DNA of 64,000 nucleotides from Thecamonas trahens ATCC 50062 (lineage: Eukaryota; Protista; Apusomonadida): NCBI RefSeq assembly GCF_000142905.1, contig NW_013657641.1, forward strand, positions 275,810 to 339,809. The letters run 5' to 3'. The notes beneath the pieces are model-generated. The model was not told the DNA's origin. It saw only the letters and a list, made by a program, of their open reading frames with translations, and ran no database searches. A program made the position numbers and the translations under genes. Positions 43,263 through 54,300 of this stretch are shown one piece after another. The stretch's first letter is position 1; each line of letters begins with the position of its first letter.

Positions 43263-43739
43263 ATGGTGGAGGAACTCAACATTGATGACCTCAACAGGGT
43301 GCGCATCCTTGGCAACGACGAGTTTGCCGACTCGGCCAAGCTGCGGCAGACGGCCAACGAGTTTGTGGAGAGTACGTGGAAGCGGAAGGGCGGGGAAAGG
43401 CGGAGTGCGGGGAGGGAGGGAGGGAGAGGGAGGAGGAGGAGGACTCATGGTGGCGGTGGTGTAGAGATGACGGCGTTCCATGAGCAGGTGAGAGTGTTCG
43501 AAGAGCAGGTGGAGGGCCGGGCGGCGGTGGTGGAGGAAGGCAAGCTGGCAGTGATCGGGCAGAGGAACCTGATCCAGGGGGAGGAGGAGGCCATCAAGGC
43601 AAAGAAGGCACAGCTCGCAGCCCGCATCGCTGAGAAGCAGGCTGCGCTGGATCGGCATGTGGCGCATGGCGCGTCGTTGATGGCGGTCATTCGCGAGCAG
43701 GAGGCGCTGCTGGAGAAGCTCTCCAACAACGAGGCGTAG
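43263..43739 (+). CDS. IFT20: Intraflagellar transport protein 20; 93-nt in-frame intron 43372-43464
   Basis: IDDLNRVRIL...EFVE|K...KLAVIGQRNL...IAEKQAALDR...EQEALL. Confidence 0.8.
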   Translation: MVEELNIDDLNRVRILGNDEFADSAKLRQTANEFVESTWKRKGGERRSAGREGGRGRRRRTHGGGGVEMTAFHEQVRVFEEQVEGRAAVVEEGKLAVIGQRNLIQGEEEAIKAKKAQLAARIAEKQAALDRHVAHGASLMAVIREQEALLEKLSNNEA

Positions 43740-43835
43740 TGGTGACGGAGCCGTGGTGTGATAGGTACGAGCCATGCGTGATACAAACCATATTCATTAC
43801 ATAGCTGTGTCGTGCAGGAGGGGGCGGGGGGCGGG

Positions 43836-45070
43836 TCAAAGATCGTTGTGGACAAACTCGAGGTTGGCGTCGCGCTTGGCGTCGCGATCGGCGCCGCGCT
43901 TGACGTGGCGGTTCTGGTGGCGGCCGAGTTGGGCGAGCGGGTCATGCGCTTCTCGACGGCGGAGAGCGAAGAGTTGTCGATAGAGATAGAGGGGAAGATG
44001 TCGGTGAGGAGCGGGTTGTGGGAAAAGTGAGCGGCGAGGCCCGAGAGGAGGGCGGCCTTGACGGCGTCGTAGGCGGCGAGGGCGGCCCACGAGGTGAAGG
44101 TGAAGCGAGCCTTGCCGATGGTGATGGCGAGGTCAGGCGAGGTGCCGTCCTCGACCGAGGCCAGGACGTCGCGGAAAATGGAGCGCTGCGACTTGCGAGT
44201 CTCACGGGCGACGTACTTGGACGACTCTGAGGCGAGGTCGCCGAGCTTGTCCAGCAGCTCGTCGCGGGCGCGGTTGTCGACCTCATCGTCGATGTCAAAG
44301 CCGGCGGCGGCGGGCGCAGAGCCGAGCTCAAACATCGAGGCGATGAGCTTGCCAGCGGCGACGCGGACGGCAAAGTCGGGCGAGTCGAGGCTGTCGGTGG
44401 CGAGGGTGAGCAGGGTGTGGAAGTGGTCCTGGAAAAACGCGACAACCGGGACGACCGGCAGCAGCAGTGAGATGGCCTGCATGGCGGCGGCCGAGGCGCG
44501 CGGGCCGGCGCGCGAGCCAGAGTCGGCCACCTTGGCGAGCTCGACAATGTAGGCGGAGGCGAGGCCCGGCTCCTCGACGCAGACAAAGATACCCATGGCG
44601 CGGGCGGCGAGGCCGAGGGCGGCGAGCTCGTCCGAGCGCGACGACTCGTAGTCGCGAAGGACGGGCAGCGCATCGTCGTAGAGCGACTGCGAAATGCCGA
44701 CCGAGACAAAGATGGCAGCAAGGATGCGGGCGCCCATCATCTTCTCGGCGAGCGTGCCCTTGCGGACCATGCCCTTGATCATGCCGACGACGGTCTCGAC
44801 CGAACCCTCCAGCAGCTCGTCCGAGAAGCGGCCGGCGACGATGGAGAGGACAGTCTCGAGGCCCGCGGCGCGGGTCGCCTTGGCCCGCTCGCCAAGGTTG
44901 TCCACCGCTGTCTCCCACTTCTCCCTGAGGCTCTCCTCGTTGAGCTCGTCGACAACCACAAGCGCCGGCGGGGCCGTCTCGATGGATCCAGCCTCTGATC
45001 CGGCCTCTGACGCTGTCGCCTCGTCACCAGATCTCTTCCCTCCTCTCGCTTGCTTGCCACGCTGGCGTGA
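43836..45070 (-). CDS. IFRD (interferon-related developmental regulator) family protein; 5' exon unresolved; 1-nt deletion at about 43915
   Basis: RVAAGKLIASMFE, RKSQRSIFRDVL, HFSHNPLLTDIF, basic tail. Confidence 0.8.
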
Positions 45071-46280
45071 CTCTGCCCATCAGCCCATTCCAACCAGTGT
45101 GCGTGAGTCTCTCGTCTCTCGTCCTCCTCCGCCTGCCACAGCCAATGTTCCCATTGGACGGAAGCCAATAGAAGCCAGGCGAGCCACCTGCCGAGCCCAT
45201 GGCCATGGCACAAGCCCTTGGGACATACCCACAGAACATGGTACACGTAGGAGAAGGAATGGGAGGGGAAGGGGAGGGGGTGGATGGGATCCAATGGCTA
45301 GCCCCCCCCCCCCCCCCCCCCCCTCCCTCCCGTCCGTCGTCGTCGGGGGGGGAGAGCCCCCCTTCCCGGGCCCTTTGAACCGGCCCCAGCGGGATCGGGG
45401 CATAACATGGCCAAGGCCATATCCCTCAATTGGTCCGGCCCAAAAAAAAACGACCTTCCTCCCAAAAATGCGGTGGGTGAGTTTGTTGGGGCTGGAGATA
45501 AGGAGGTTCGTTTTGTTTGAAAATTTGACGCCTGCCCGGGTGATGATTATTTGGGTTTTTTTGTTTTTTTTTGACTTANNNNNNNNNNNNNNNNNNNNNN
45601 NNNNNNNNNNNNNNNNNNNNNNNNNNNNNNNNNNNNNNNNNNNNNNNNNNNNNNNNNNNNNNNNNNNNNNNNNNNNNNNNNNNNNNNNNNNNNNNNNNNN
45701 NNNNNNNNNNNNNNNNNNNNNNNNNNNNNNNNNNNNNNNNNNNNNNNNNNNNNNNNNNNNNNNNNNNNNNNNNNNNNNNNNNNNNNNNNNNNNNNNNNNN
45801 NNNNNNNNNNNNNNNNNNNNNNNNNNNNNNNNNNNNNNNNNNNNNNNNNNNNNNNNNNNNNNNNNNNNNNNNNNNNNNNNNNNNNNNNNNNNNNNNNNNN
45901 NNNNNNNNNNNNNNNNNNNNNNNNNNNNNNNNNNNNNNNNNNNNNNNNNNNNNNNNNNNNNNNNNNNNNNNNNNNNNNNNNNNNNNNNNNNNNNNNNNNN
46001 NNNNNNNNNNNNNNNNNNNNNNNNNNNNNNNNNNNNNNNNNNNNNNNNNNNNNNNNNNNNNNNNNNNNNNNNNNNNNNNNNNNNNNNNNNNNNNNNNNNN
46101 NNNNNNNNNNNNNNNNNNNNNNNNNNNNNNNNNNNNNNNNNNNNNNNNNNNNNNNNNNNNNNNNNNNNNNNNNNNNNNNNNNNNNNNNNNNNNNNNNNNN
46201 NNNNNNNNNNNNNNNNNNNNNNNNNNNNNNNNNNNNNNNNNNNNNNNNNNNNNNNNNNNNNNNNNNNNNNNNNNNNNNNN

Positions 46281-47185
46281 ACGATGCTGATCCATTCGGC
46301 GCGGCCGATGCGGACGCGGATGCAGATGGGGACGATGCGGACGCAGACGATGCTGATCCATTCGGCAAGGCGGACGCGGATGCGGACGCTGACGCCGATG
46401 ACGCGGATCCGTTTGGTGCGGTGGACGCTGATGCTGATGGGGACGATGCGGATCCGTTTGGTGCGGCGGACGCGGATGCGGATGCAGATGGGGACGATGC
46501 GGACGCAGACGATGCTGATCCATTCGGTGCGGCCGATGCGGACGCGGATGCAGATGGGGTCGATGCGGACGCAGACGATGCTGATCCATTCGGCGCGGTG
46601 GATGCGGACGCGGATGCAGATGGGGACGATGCGGACGCGGACGATGCTGATCCATTCGGCGCGGCGGACGCGGATGCGGACGCTGACGCCGACGACGCGG
46701 ATCCGTTTGGTGCGGTGGACGCGGATGCTGATGGGGACGATGCGGATCCGTTTGGTGCGGCTGATGCGGACGCGGATGCAGATGGGGACGATGCGGACGC
46801 AGACGATGCTGATCCATTCGGCGCGGCGGACGCGGATGCGGACGCTGACGCCGACGACGCGGATCCGTTTGGTGCGGTGGACGCGGATGCTGATGGGGAC
46901 GATGCGGATCCGTTTGGTGTGGTGGACGCGGATGCTGATGGGGACGATGCGGATCCGTTTGGTGCGGCAGACGCGGACGCGGATGCAGATGGGGACGATG
47001 CGGACGCAGACGATGCTGATCCATTCGGTGCGGCGGACGCGGATGCGGACGCGGATGCAGATGGGGACGATGCGGACGCAGACGATGCTGATCCATTCGG
47101 TGCGGCCGATGCGGACGCGGATGCAGATGGGGACGATGCGGACGCAGACGATGCTGCTCCATTCGGCGCGGCGAACGCGGATGCA
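46281..47185 (+). repeat. Variable-unit (about 45-72 bp) coding repeat DDADPFGA[A/V](DA)n
   Basis: 15 DPF copies plus one APF visible after the gap. Confidence 0.95.
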
Positions 47186-47890
47186 GATGTGACGGCGAAG
47201 GCTAATGGCGCTAATCCGGCTTATGCGACAGAGGACGAGACCACCGTCACCGACGCAGAGATCGTGGACGCTATCGAGAACATGGACATGATTGCCCTCG
47301 TCCGGGCCGCCCGCATTGCGCCGCTCAGGGTTCTCACCGCCCGCGTTACGGCACCCAACGGCGACGCTATTTCGGCCTTCCACTTCTTTGTTGCGCATCG
47401 CAAGGCCGACTACCTCGGCGAGCTGCTCGGCTGCCTCGCCGACGCCGCCAAGGGCGCGTCCAAGGACGACGCGGCGGCCTTCCGTGCCGCAGCCTCGACG
47501 CTCTCGGCGCGCGGTTACGCGCCTATCCACTTTGCCGCCATCATGGGCTACCTCGAGGCTGTGCGCCTCCTCGTCGACGCCCACCCCGCCGCGGCGCTGG
47601 TCTACGACGCCCGCTCGCGCTCAGCCCTCCACTGGGCCGCCCGCTACAACCGCCTCGCCGTCACTGAGTACCTCCTCGACACCGCGTACCTCGATGTTGA
47701 GCTCGGCGACAGCGGCGGCCGCTGCCCCGCCATGTACGCCGCCGGCGCCGGCGCCGTCGACGTCCTCGCCCTCCTCTTTGACCGCGGCGCTGATCCGGCA
47801 GCTGTCGACTCGCGCGGCAACTCGGTTGCCGACTATGCCACCAACTACGACCAGGCCGAGGCCGCCAAGCTCATCGACGAGTGGGCGTAG
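46281..47890 (+). CDS. Ankyrin-repeat protein with acidic DPF-repeat region; 5' end in a gap
   Basis: GYAPIHFAAIMGYLEAVRLLV, RSALHWAARYN, GRCPAMYAA..G..DV..LL..GAD. Confidence 0.85.
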
Positions 47891-47952
47891 CTCCCAGTAG
47901 ACTCGTTTACAGTGTAGTCTATGGTTGTTGCTGCAGCAGCAGCCTGCCCGTC

Positions 47953-48642
47953 TCACCCCGATGTCGGCAGCGTGAGGTCGAGCGACTCGAGGATGGCCTC
48001 AAAGTTGAACGAGTCCGGCTGGTGGTTAAAGGTGTGGACGAACGGAGTGTACTTGTCGTCTTGCAGGTAGAAGATCGAGGTCTGGTTGCCCAGATACTGC
48101 GCCTCCTCCACCGAGATGGCCATCGTGTCGACGCCGCCGCGCATCAGCACAAGATCCTTGCTCTCCGCCAGGTCGTAGTAGTACCGCGTCGCCATCACCG
48201 GCGCCGCCTGCCCGCCGTACTGCTGGTAGGTGTGCAGAAAGGTGTACCACACGTCCAGCGCTTGCGTCTCCTCCACCCGACGGCCCTCGAGCAGGACCGT
48301 GACAAAGCCCTGATCGCGCGGAATCGGCACGACAAACCGCGGGCTCTCCACCACGCGGCTCGCCAGCTTGGCGCCGACCTCGCCGCCGACCGTAGCGCAG
48401 ACGACCCCGTCCTTGTCGAGGTGGTGGGCCCGCCACCCCTCGACAAGATCCTCGCGCGGCACTTCGCTGACCTTGTCCAGGTCCAGAATGCCCTCCAGCG
48501 TTTCCGGCAGCACCATGCTCGCCGCCGATGCCGCCTTGCGTGCGGCCTCGTCGGCCGCCGCCTCCGAGTACGACGCCACCCGGACCGCGCCGCCCATGCT
48601 TCGCACCGCCGCGAGTGGAAGCCGTGCCAGTGCCCGGAACAT
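47953..48642 (-). CDS. ATP11: Mitochondrial F1-ATPase assembly factor ATP11/ATPAF1
   Basis: Presequence-like MFRALARLPLAAVRS; PRFVVPIPR, YYDLAESKDLVLMRG, FNHQPDSFNF. Confidence 0.85.
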   Translation of the reverse strand: MFRALARLPLAAVRSMGGAVRVASYSEAAADEAARKAASAASMVLPETLEGILDLDKVSEVPREDLVEGWRAHHLDKDGVVCATVGGEVGAKLASRVVESPRFVVPIPRDQGFVTVLLEGRRVEETQALDVWYTFLHTYQQYGGQAAPVMATRYYYDLAESKDLVLMRGGVDTMAISVEEAQYLGNQTSIFYLQDDKYTPFVHTFNHQPDSFNFEAILESLDLTLPTSG

Positions 48643-48966
48643 CTCGGCGGTCTTCTCCTCGCCCGTGTCTCCTCTGTCGTCGTTGTGTCGCCATAGGCAC
48701 GAGTGAGTCGCTGGCGATAAAGTGCTCGCAGAGCGCAAACACAAAATCCCACACACACCGTAGCCTGCCGAGGCCACCACAGGCAAGGGGGGGCGGGGGG
48801 GGGTGAGGGGAAGGAAAAGATCTACCTGTGTTCCCTTATGCGGATACGCTATCGTTCAGCGAGCCGACTACACATACACAGGATGGGGTGGAAGGGGGAG
48901 AGGGGGAGGGGGAGGGGGGGGGAGGCGTACCGAGAGAGGTTTGTGGGTATTCATACAATTGTTTGT

Positions 48967-49220
48967 ACGAACGAACGGTTACGACTGAGCGAACGATTGT
49001 GACTACGAACGAACGAACGATTATGGCAACGAACGAACGAACGATTGTGACTACGAACGAACGAACGATTGTGACTACGAACGAACGAACGATTACGACA
49101 ACGTATGAGCGAACGGTTACGACAACGAACGAACAAACGATAACGACAACGAACGAATAAACGATTACGACAACGAACGAATAAACGGTTACGACAACGT
49201 ATGAGCGAACGAATGAACGG
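48967..49220. repeat. About 24-bp-period minisatellite built on (ACGA)n
   Basis: Units such as acgaacgaacgaacgattgtgact, about 10 degenerate copies, intergenic. Confidence 0.9.
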
Positions 49221-49471
49221 AGAAGTGAACGATGGTCCGCACACACATTGAACAGCCCTCGACAGCCGCCATGACAGCCATCACCACACACGCACTTCGC
49301 ATCCTCCTCCTCCATCCCCTCAACCAAGCACGGCATCGTGACTCGACACGATAAAGTGGCTGTCTCCACACCGCTTGCGCCCATCGCCGATTCCGCCCGC
49401 ATCACGACACTAGCATTGCTGTGGCCGGCGGCAGCGGGTCGGACTCGGGCACCGCTCTCGTGCCACCGGTC

Positions 49472-51364
49472 ATGGACGGCGGGTCGCGGGCAGGAGGCGG
49501 GAACAGGCGCAGCGGAGAGTCTGGCAGAGTGCGGACGGTTCCGTCACGACAGGCGACGCTGTTTGGCGAGGAGGAGGTCCGCCCCTCGGTCATGGGCCAC
49601 ATGACCGTATTTGTGGGCGAGCTGGCCGACCTCAAGCTGCCGGCGGCGGTGGCCAGCATGCAAGGCGCAGACGGAGACGGCGGCGAGGAAGGCGGCGGGC
49701 GCGGCGATGGCGAGTGCGCAGACAACGAGCCGAGCCCGGCAAGCTTGTTGAGCGGCGGCGATGGCACGTCGGTGGCGACCACGACCATGTCCGGCACTGA
49801 TGCTGCCACGGTCAGCTCGTCGACGCACAGACTCGCAGCGGCGGCTGGCCGCATCCCGACCTCGGGATACGTCCGGGTCGGCGTGCGGAATCTGATCAAG
49901 CGGACACGAGTTGTCCGCCTCAACGCCGATGGCTCGCCGTCGGCGTGGAACCAGGTGAAACACATGCCGGTTGCGGTCCCGCGCTCGGCTGCGCACCCGT
50001 TCGGCCTCGTCTCGCTCGTGCTGTACGGGCAGATCGGCTGTGCGGGGCAGGCGACGTCTGGCGAGGACGATATCGAGCTCGGCTCGGTCCTCTTCAAGCT
50101 CCACGACGTCATTCGCGTCCAGCGCGTCGTCGGCTGGTTCCCGCTCCGCGCCGCACACTTTGAGATTGGCTCCATCTACCTCGAGCTCACCTTTTCGTAC
50201 GGCCTCTACGGCTACGGCTACTCGCCGCAGGTCAAGGTGCCCAACGGCGTGGCCGGCGAGGACGCAGTCAGTACCTCCCTGCTGCCACGCATCGAACCGC
50301 CAGCCCGCCGCTCCGAGGGCACCGGTCGCGCCACCATGGTCCCATCGGCGCAGCCGGCGCCACCGCTGCTGCCGGTGCCACAACCGGCAGCCATCGGCTA
50401 CGCTCCCGAGATGGCGGCGGATGTCCAGGCGCTAGCTGACGCTCGCGGCGCCGCCCCGCGCTTCCCACTCGTCGCCGCCGCCATGTCGCGTCTGCCGCAC
50501 CTGATGTCGGCGCTCGACTCGGCCGGTTCGCGCCAAGAGCGGCTCGGCCTCCTCCACGCCATGATCACCTCGTCGGCCGTCCAGCCCGAAGGCACCGCCG
50601 CCGAAACCTCCGCCGAGCGCACCTCCGCCTCGGCTCGCCGCCACCACTCTGCCGAGCAGACTGCGGCCTTTGCAGACTACTTTAAGCCGCTCGTCCACCG
50701 CAGAAGCGGAGCGCTGGGTGATGATGCGTCGACGTCGCTCGCTGCGCGAAACAGTGACGCCCGCAACACATCCAGAGCACAGTCGTTCCACGTCCCGTCG
50801 GCCGGCGACACCGACGATGTCACCGGTCTCCGGCGCACCTGGATGGCGACCGGCGCCGGCGCGTCGCCGTTCACCTCGTCTGAGGCCGTCCTCTCCAGCT
50901 CGGCCATCGACGAGGCTACGCGCAGCCACGACCTGCGCGTTGGTGTTCCACCCATTGTCATCCCGCCGTCGACCGAGCCCGCCATCCGCCGCGTCTCCGA
51001 CTCCCCACGCGACGCTGCCGGCGACGTCGTCGCAGCTAGCATCGTCAAGAACGGGGCCGAGCCGCACCACGGCCTTGTCTTCTCCAACGATCTCCTCCCG
51101 CGGAACCGGTCCGTGGTCACGGCCGCATTGCACTCGGCCGTGGCCTCGGCCTCGGACATGGATTCACCGCGGGGACACACACCGCGGGTGGCCGCGGCCA
51201 CGGGCATGACCGCCCGCCAGCGTGCTCACTCCTCTCGTCAGCTGATGCAGATGGCCTCTGGCCGCTACGCGATGCAGCGCCGCTCCTCTGTCTCCATCAT
51301 GGCCGAGCGCGAGGTGCTCCAGCCCGAAGCCTCGAACGACGCCATGCAGGTGGCAGAGCCGTAA
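49472..51364 (+). CDS. C2-domain protein, C2CD6/ALS2CR11-like
   Basis: Beta-rich C2-like region ending ELTFSYGLYGYGYSPQVK, then SLLPRIEPP. Confidence 0.55.
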   Translation: MDGGSRAGGGNRRSGESGRVRTVPSRQATLFGEEEVRPSVMGHMTVFVGELADLKLPAAVASMQGADGDGGEEGGGRGDGECADNEPSPASLLSGGDGTSVATTTMSGTDAATVSSSTHRLAAAAGRIPTSGYVRVGVRNLIKRTRVVRLNADGSPSAWNQVKHMPVAVPRSAAHPFGLVSLVLYGQIGCAGQATSGEDDIELGSVLFKLHDVIRVQRVVGWFPLRAAHFEIGSIYLELTFSYGLYGYGYSPQVKVPNGVAGEDAVSTSLLPRIEPPARRSEGTGRATMVPSAQPAPPLLPVPQPAAIGYAPEMAADVQALADARGAAPRFPLVAAAMSRLPHLMSALDSAGSRQERLGLLHAMITSSAVQPEGTAAETSAERTSASARRHHSAEQTAAFADYFKPLVHRRSGALGDDASTSLAARNSDARNTSRAQSFHVPSAGDTDDVTGLRRTWMATGAGASPFTSSEAVLSSSAIDEATRSHDLRVGVPPIVIPPSTEPAIRRVSDSPRDAAGDVVAASIVKNGAEPHHGLVFSNDLLPRNRSVVTAALHSAVASASDMDSPRGHTPRVAAATGMTARQRAHSSRQLMQMASGRYAMQRRSSVSIMAEREVLQPEASNDAMQVAEP

Positions 51365-51369
51365 AGTGT

Positions 51370-54300
51370 TTACGGGGAGACTGGCTTGACCGCTGTGCCG
51401 CGGCGCGATGCCCGCCGCGACAGACGCGGCAGGTTCCGGGAGCGCGGCTTCGGGCTCGACGTGAGATCCGTCGACGGCTCGTCGCCCGACTCGCCGGTCA
51501 GGTTTCGCTGGACCGTCGACGACGACCGGGCCCGCGCGATGCGACTCTGCGAGCGACCCGAAGACGCTGTGCGCGAGAGCGAGCTGCGCCGGCGGTTCGC
51601 TGCGTCGGTGGTTGTCACGCGGGTCAGCGCCCGCGGCGAAAGCGTCCGCTGCCGGCGCGACGCCACAGTGCTTGATGCGGCCCGGACGCGGCTGACGCCT
51701 TGCGGCGAGGCGCCAGAGCGTGACACATCCCGCACCTTCTGGCTCACTCGGATGTTTGGCATTGACGTGTTGAGCGACGAGTCGAGGCAGCTCGACGTGG
51801 CCGCGCGGACGAGAACTGCCGGGCTCTGCGGCATCGCCAACTCGTCGTCTATGTCGAGCGTTGACGACAGCGAGTCGTCGATGTCGCAGATGACCATTTC
51901 GCTGCCCTCGACGGTGGCCGGCTCACTCTTGTCGAGCCGCACCAGACCGCGCAGCTCGTAGTCGGCAAACGCGGCGCTGCGGCCCTCGAGTCCTGGCACC
52001 TCGACCTGAGCGAGCACGTAGCTGGTCGCGTCGTCGTCATCGACGTCATCGCCACGGTATGTGCCCAGCGGGCGGAGCGTGCCCAGCGGGCGGAGCGTGT
52101 AGTCGAGTTCGGCAGCCGCTTCGGCGACCTTGGCGTCGACCGCAGTCGCCGACGCGCTGCGCGTCGATCATCATCGGCCCGAGGTACGAGAACCGCTGGG
52201 TGCGGGCCTCAAAGACGCGGGTGGGGATGCACGAGTGGATGCCCATGCGGACACGGAGGCCGCGAAAGACTCCGTCGCCGCGAAAGACTCCGTCGACGGT
52301 CGGGACCTTGGTATCGGCTAGAATCGGCGCTGGCCACGGCAGCTCCTGAAGCGCCGTCTGGATGGCGACGGCGGCGGTGACGGCATCGCCGCTGTTGGAG
52401 AACGCTACCACAAACGAGTCGCCTTCTGTCCGGATCACATACCCGTTGTGTACCTCGAGTATCTCGCGGAAAGTGGCGTTGTGGGCGTCGATGGCGTCGA
52501 CCATGATCTCTGGATACGCCTCCCACAGGTACGTCGAGCTCTGGACGTCGGTGATGAGGACGGCGACGCGGCCCGACGGCGCAGTTGCAGCCGCCTCTTC
52601 GGCCTTTTCCTCGAGGTAGATCTTGGAGAACCGCTTGCGGTAGCGCCAGTAGAAGACAGCGAGCACGAGGAGCAAAAGAATAACGCAGGTAGCAGATGAC
52701 GCCACGACAATCGGTACAATGTAGGCGGCCGACACAGCAGAGACGCGCCCGGAACACACGCCGTCGCCGCCGCACACTCCACAGTCGTCGGTGACCAGGC
52801 CCGAGTTGGAGATCGAGTCGCAGCCGGCGCAGCTGGTCCCGTTACCGCGACACACACCGCAAACATCAACGAGATGGCCACCGCCAAAGCAGACGCCACA
52901 CTCGTCGACGGCAGCACCGCCGCCATTGCAGACACCGCACGCATCGAGCATGGCGTCGTTGCCAAAGCACACACCGCAGCTATCGAGATCGCGGCCGCCG
53001 CCAAAGCACACACCGCACTGGTCAACAAAGGTCGCCGACGTCAGGCCGGTCACTCCGCCGACACAGAAGCCGCACTCGTTGACCGCAGCATTGCCGCCGC
53101 ACTGTCCTGCGCAGTCATAGATGGCATTCCCACCGGGCACGCCATCACACGAGAGCCGGCACGTCACGCCGGTTCCGTTGCACACGCCACAAGCATCGAC
53201 GAGCGCACCGAGGCCATCGCAGCCGCCGCAGGTCGAACCGTCACCGCCGCACACGCCACAATCATCGGCAATCAGACCACCCGGGCAGCCCTCGCAGTTG
53301 CCGAAGCACACATTGCATCCGTCGCGATGAATCGACGGTGTGACGCCGGTGGTACCGCCAACACACACACCGCAGTCATCGACAAAGGCAGTGCCGTTGC
53401 ACACGCCCGCGCAGTCAAAGACTACAGGCACGGTGGCGTTGGCATCACATGAGCCGTAGCACACGCCGACGGCCGAGCCACCGCACACGCCACAAGCATC
53501 AAAGTTGGCACCGCCGAGCGGGATCGGGAGCCCGTCACAGCCGAGGCACGATGTCGAGTCGCCGCCGCACACGCCGCAGACGTCGCGGACCTTGCCCGAG
53601 TTGGGCACTCTGTCGCAGCCGGCACACGTCGCGTTGTTGCCCCACGCCACGCCGCATGCATCGAGGCACGCGTTGGTACCAAAGCAGACACCGCATGCAT
53701 CGATGCTGCTATCGTCTCCGAAGCAAACGCCGCAAATGTCCTGGTCCGAGTCCGGAACATGCCCGGTCCCCGGACCCGAGCACACGCCGCAGCTATCAAG
53801 GAACGCCGGCTCATCGCACGGTGGCGGTGGCGGCGGTGGCGGCGGCGGCGAGGCTGGCGGTGGCGGCGATGGAGGAGGCGAGGGTGGCGGCGGCGGCGAT
53901 GGCGGCGGCGGCGATGGCGGAGGAGGAGGTGCCGGCGCTGGAGGAGGCGAGGGCGGCGGCGGGGGCGAAGGCGGCGGCGGGGGTGAAGGCGGAGGGGGAG
54001 GCGAAGGCGGAGGGGGAGGCGAAGGCGGCGGCGGGGGCGAAGGCGGCGGCGGCGGCGATGGCGGAATTACGACACACGCCCCAGGAAGCGAGGAAGCAGG
54101 CATGTAGCCAGTTGCACAAGAGTCGCAGCGGGTTGTGTTGATAGAGCAAGATCCACAAGATGGATCGCACTGCTGGCACGATTCGTAGGTAAAGCTAGAC
54201 TCGGTTGTGGTGACCAGGCCGTAGCCATCGGAACAGGCATCGCACTGACCGGATGATGCCTGGCATTGGGCGCCAGGATCGTCCGGCGAGTAGCAGTTGG

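Noticed and set aside
45300-45578. AT-richer stretch with many homopolymers as a possible foreign insert
   Set aside because: Directly adjoins a gap and looks like low-quality read end.
44694-47584. ORFs over 800 aa spanning N-gaps (also those at 42001-43357 and 57121-58753)
   Set aside because: Artefacts of translating through Ns and alternative frames of the DPF repeat.
48967-49220. CRISPR-like array
   Set aside because: No unique spacers, units are degenerate microsatellite derivatives, no cas genes, eukaryotic context.
982-51364. Functional cluster of flagellar genes (RJL, IFT20, STK33-like, C2CD6-like, MIP-like)
   Set aside because: Scattered over 50 kb among unrelated genes; plausible by chance in a flagellate.
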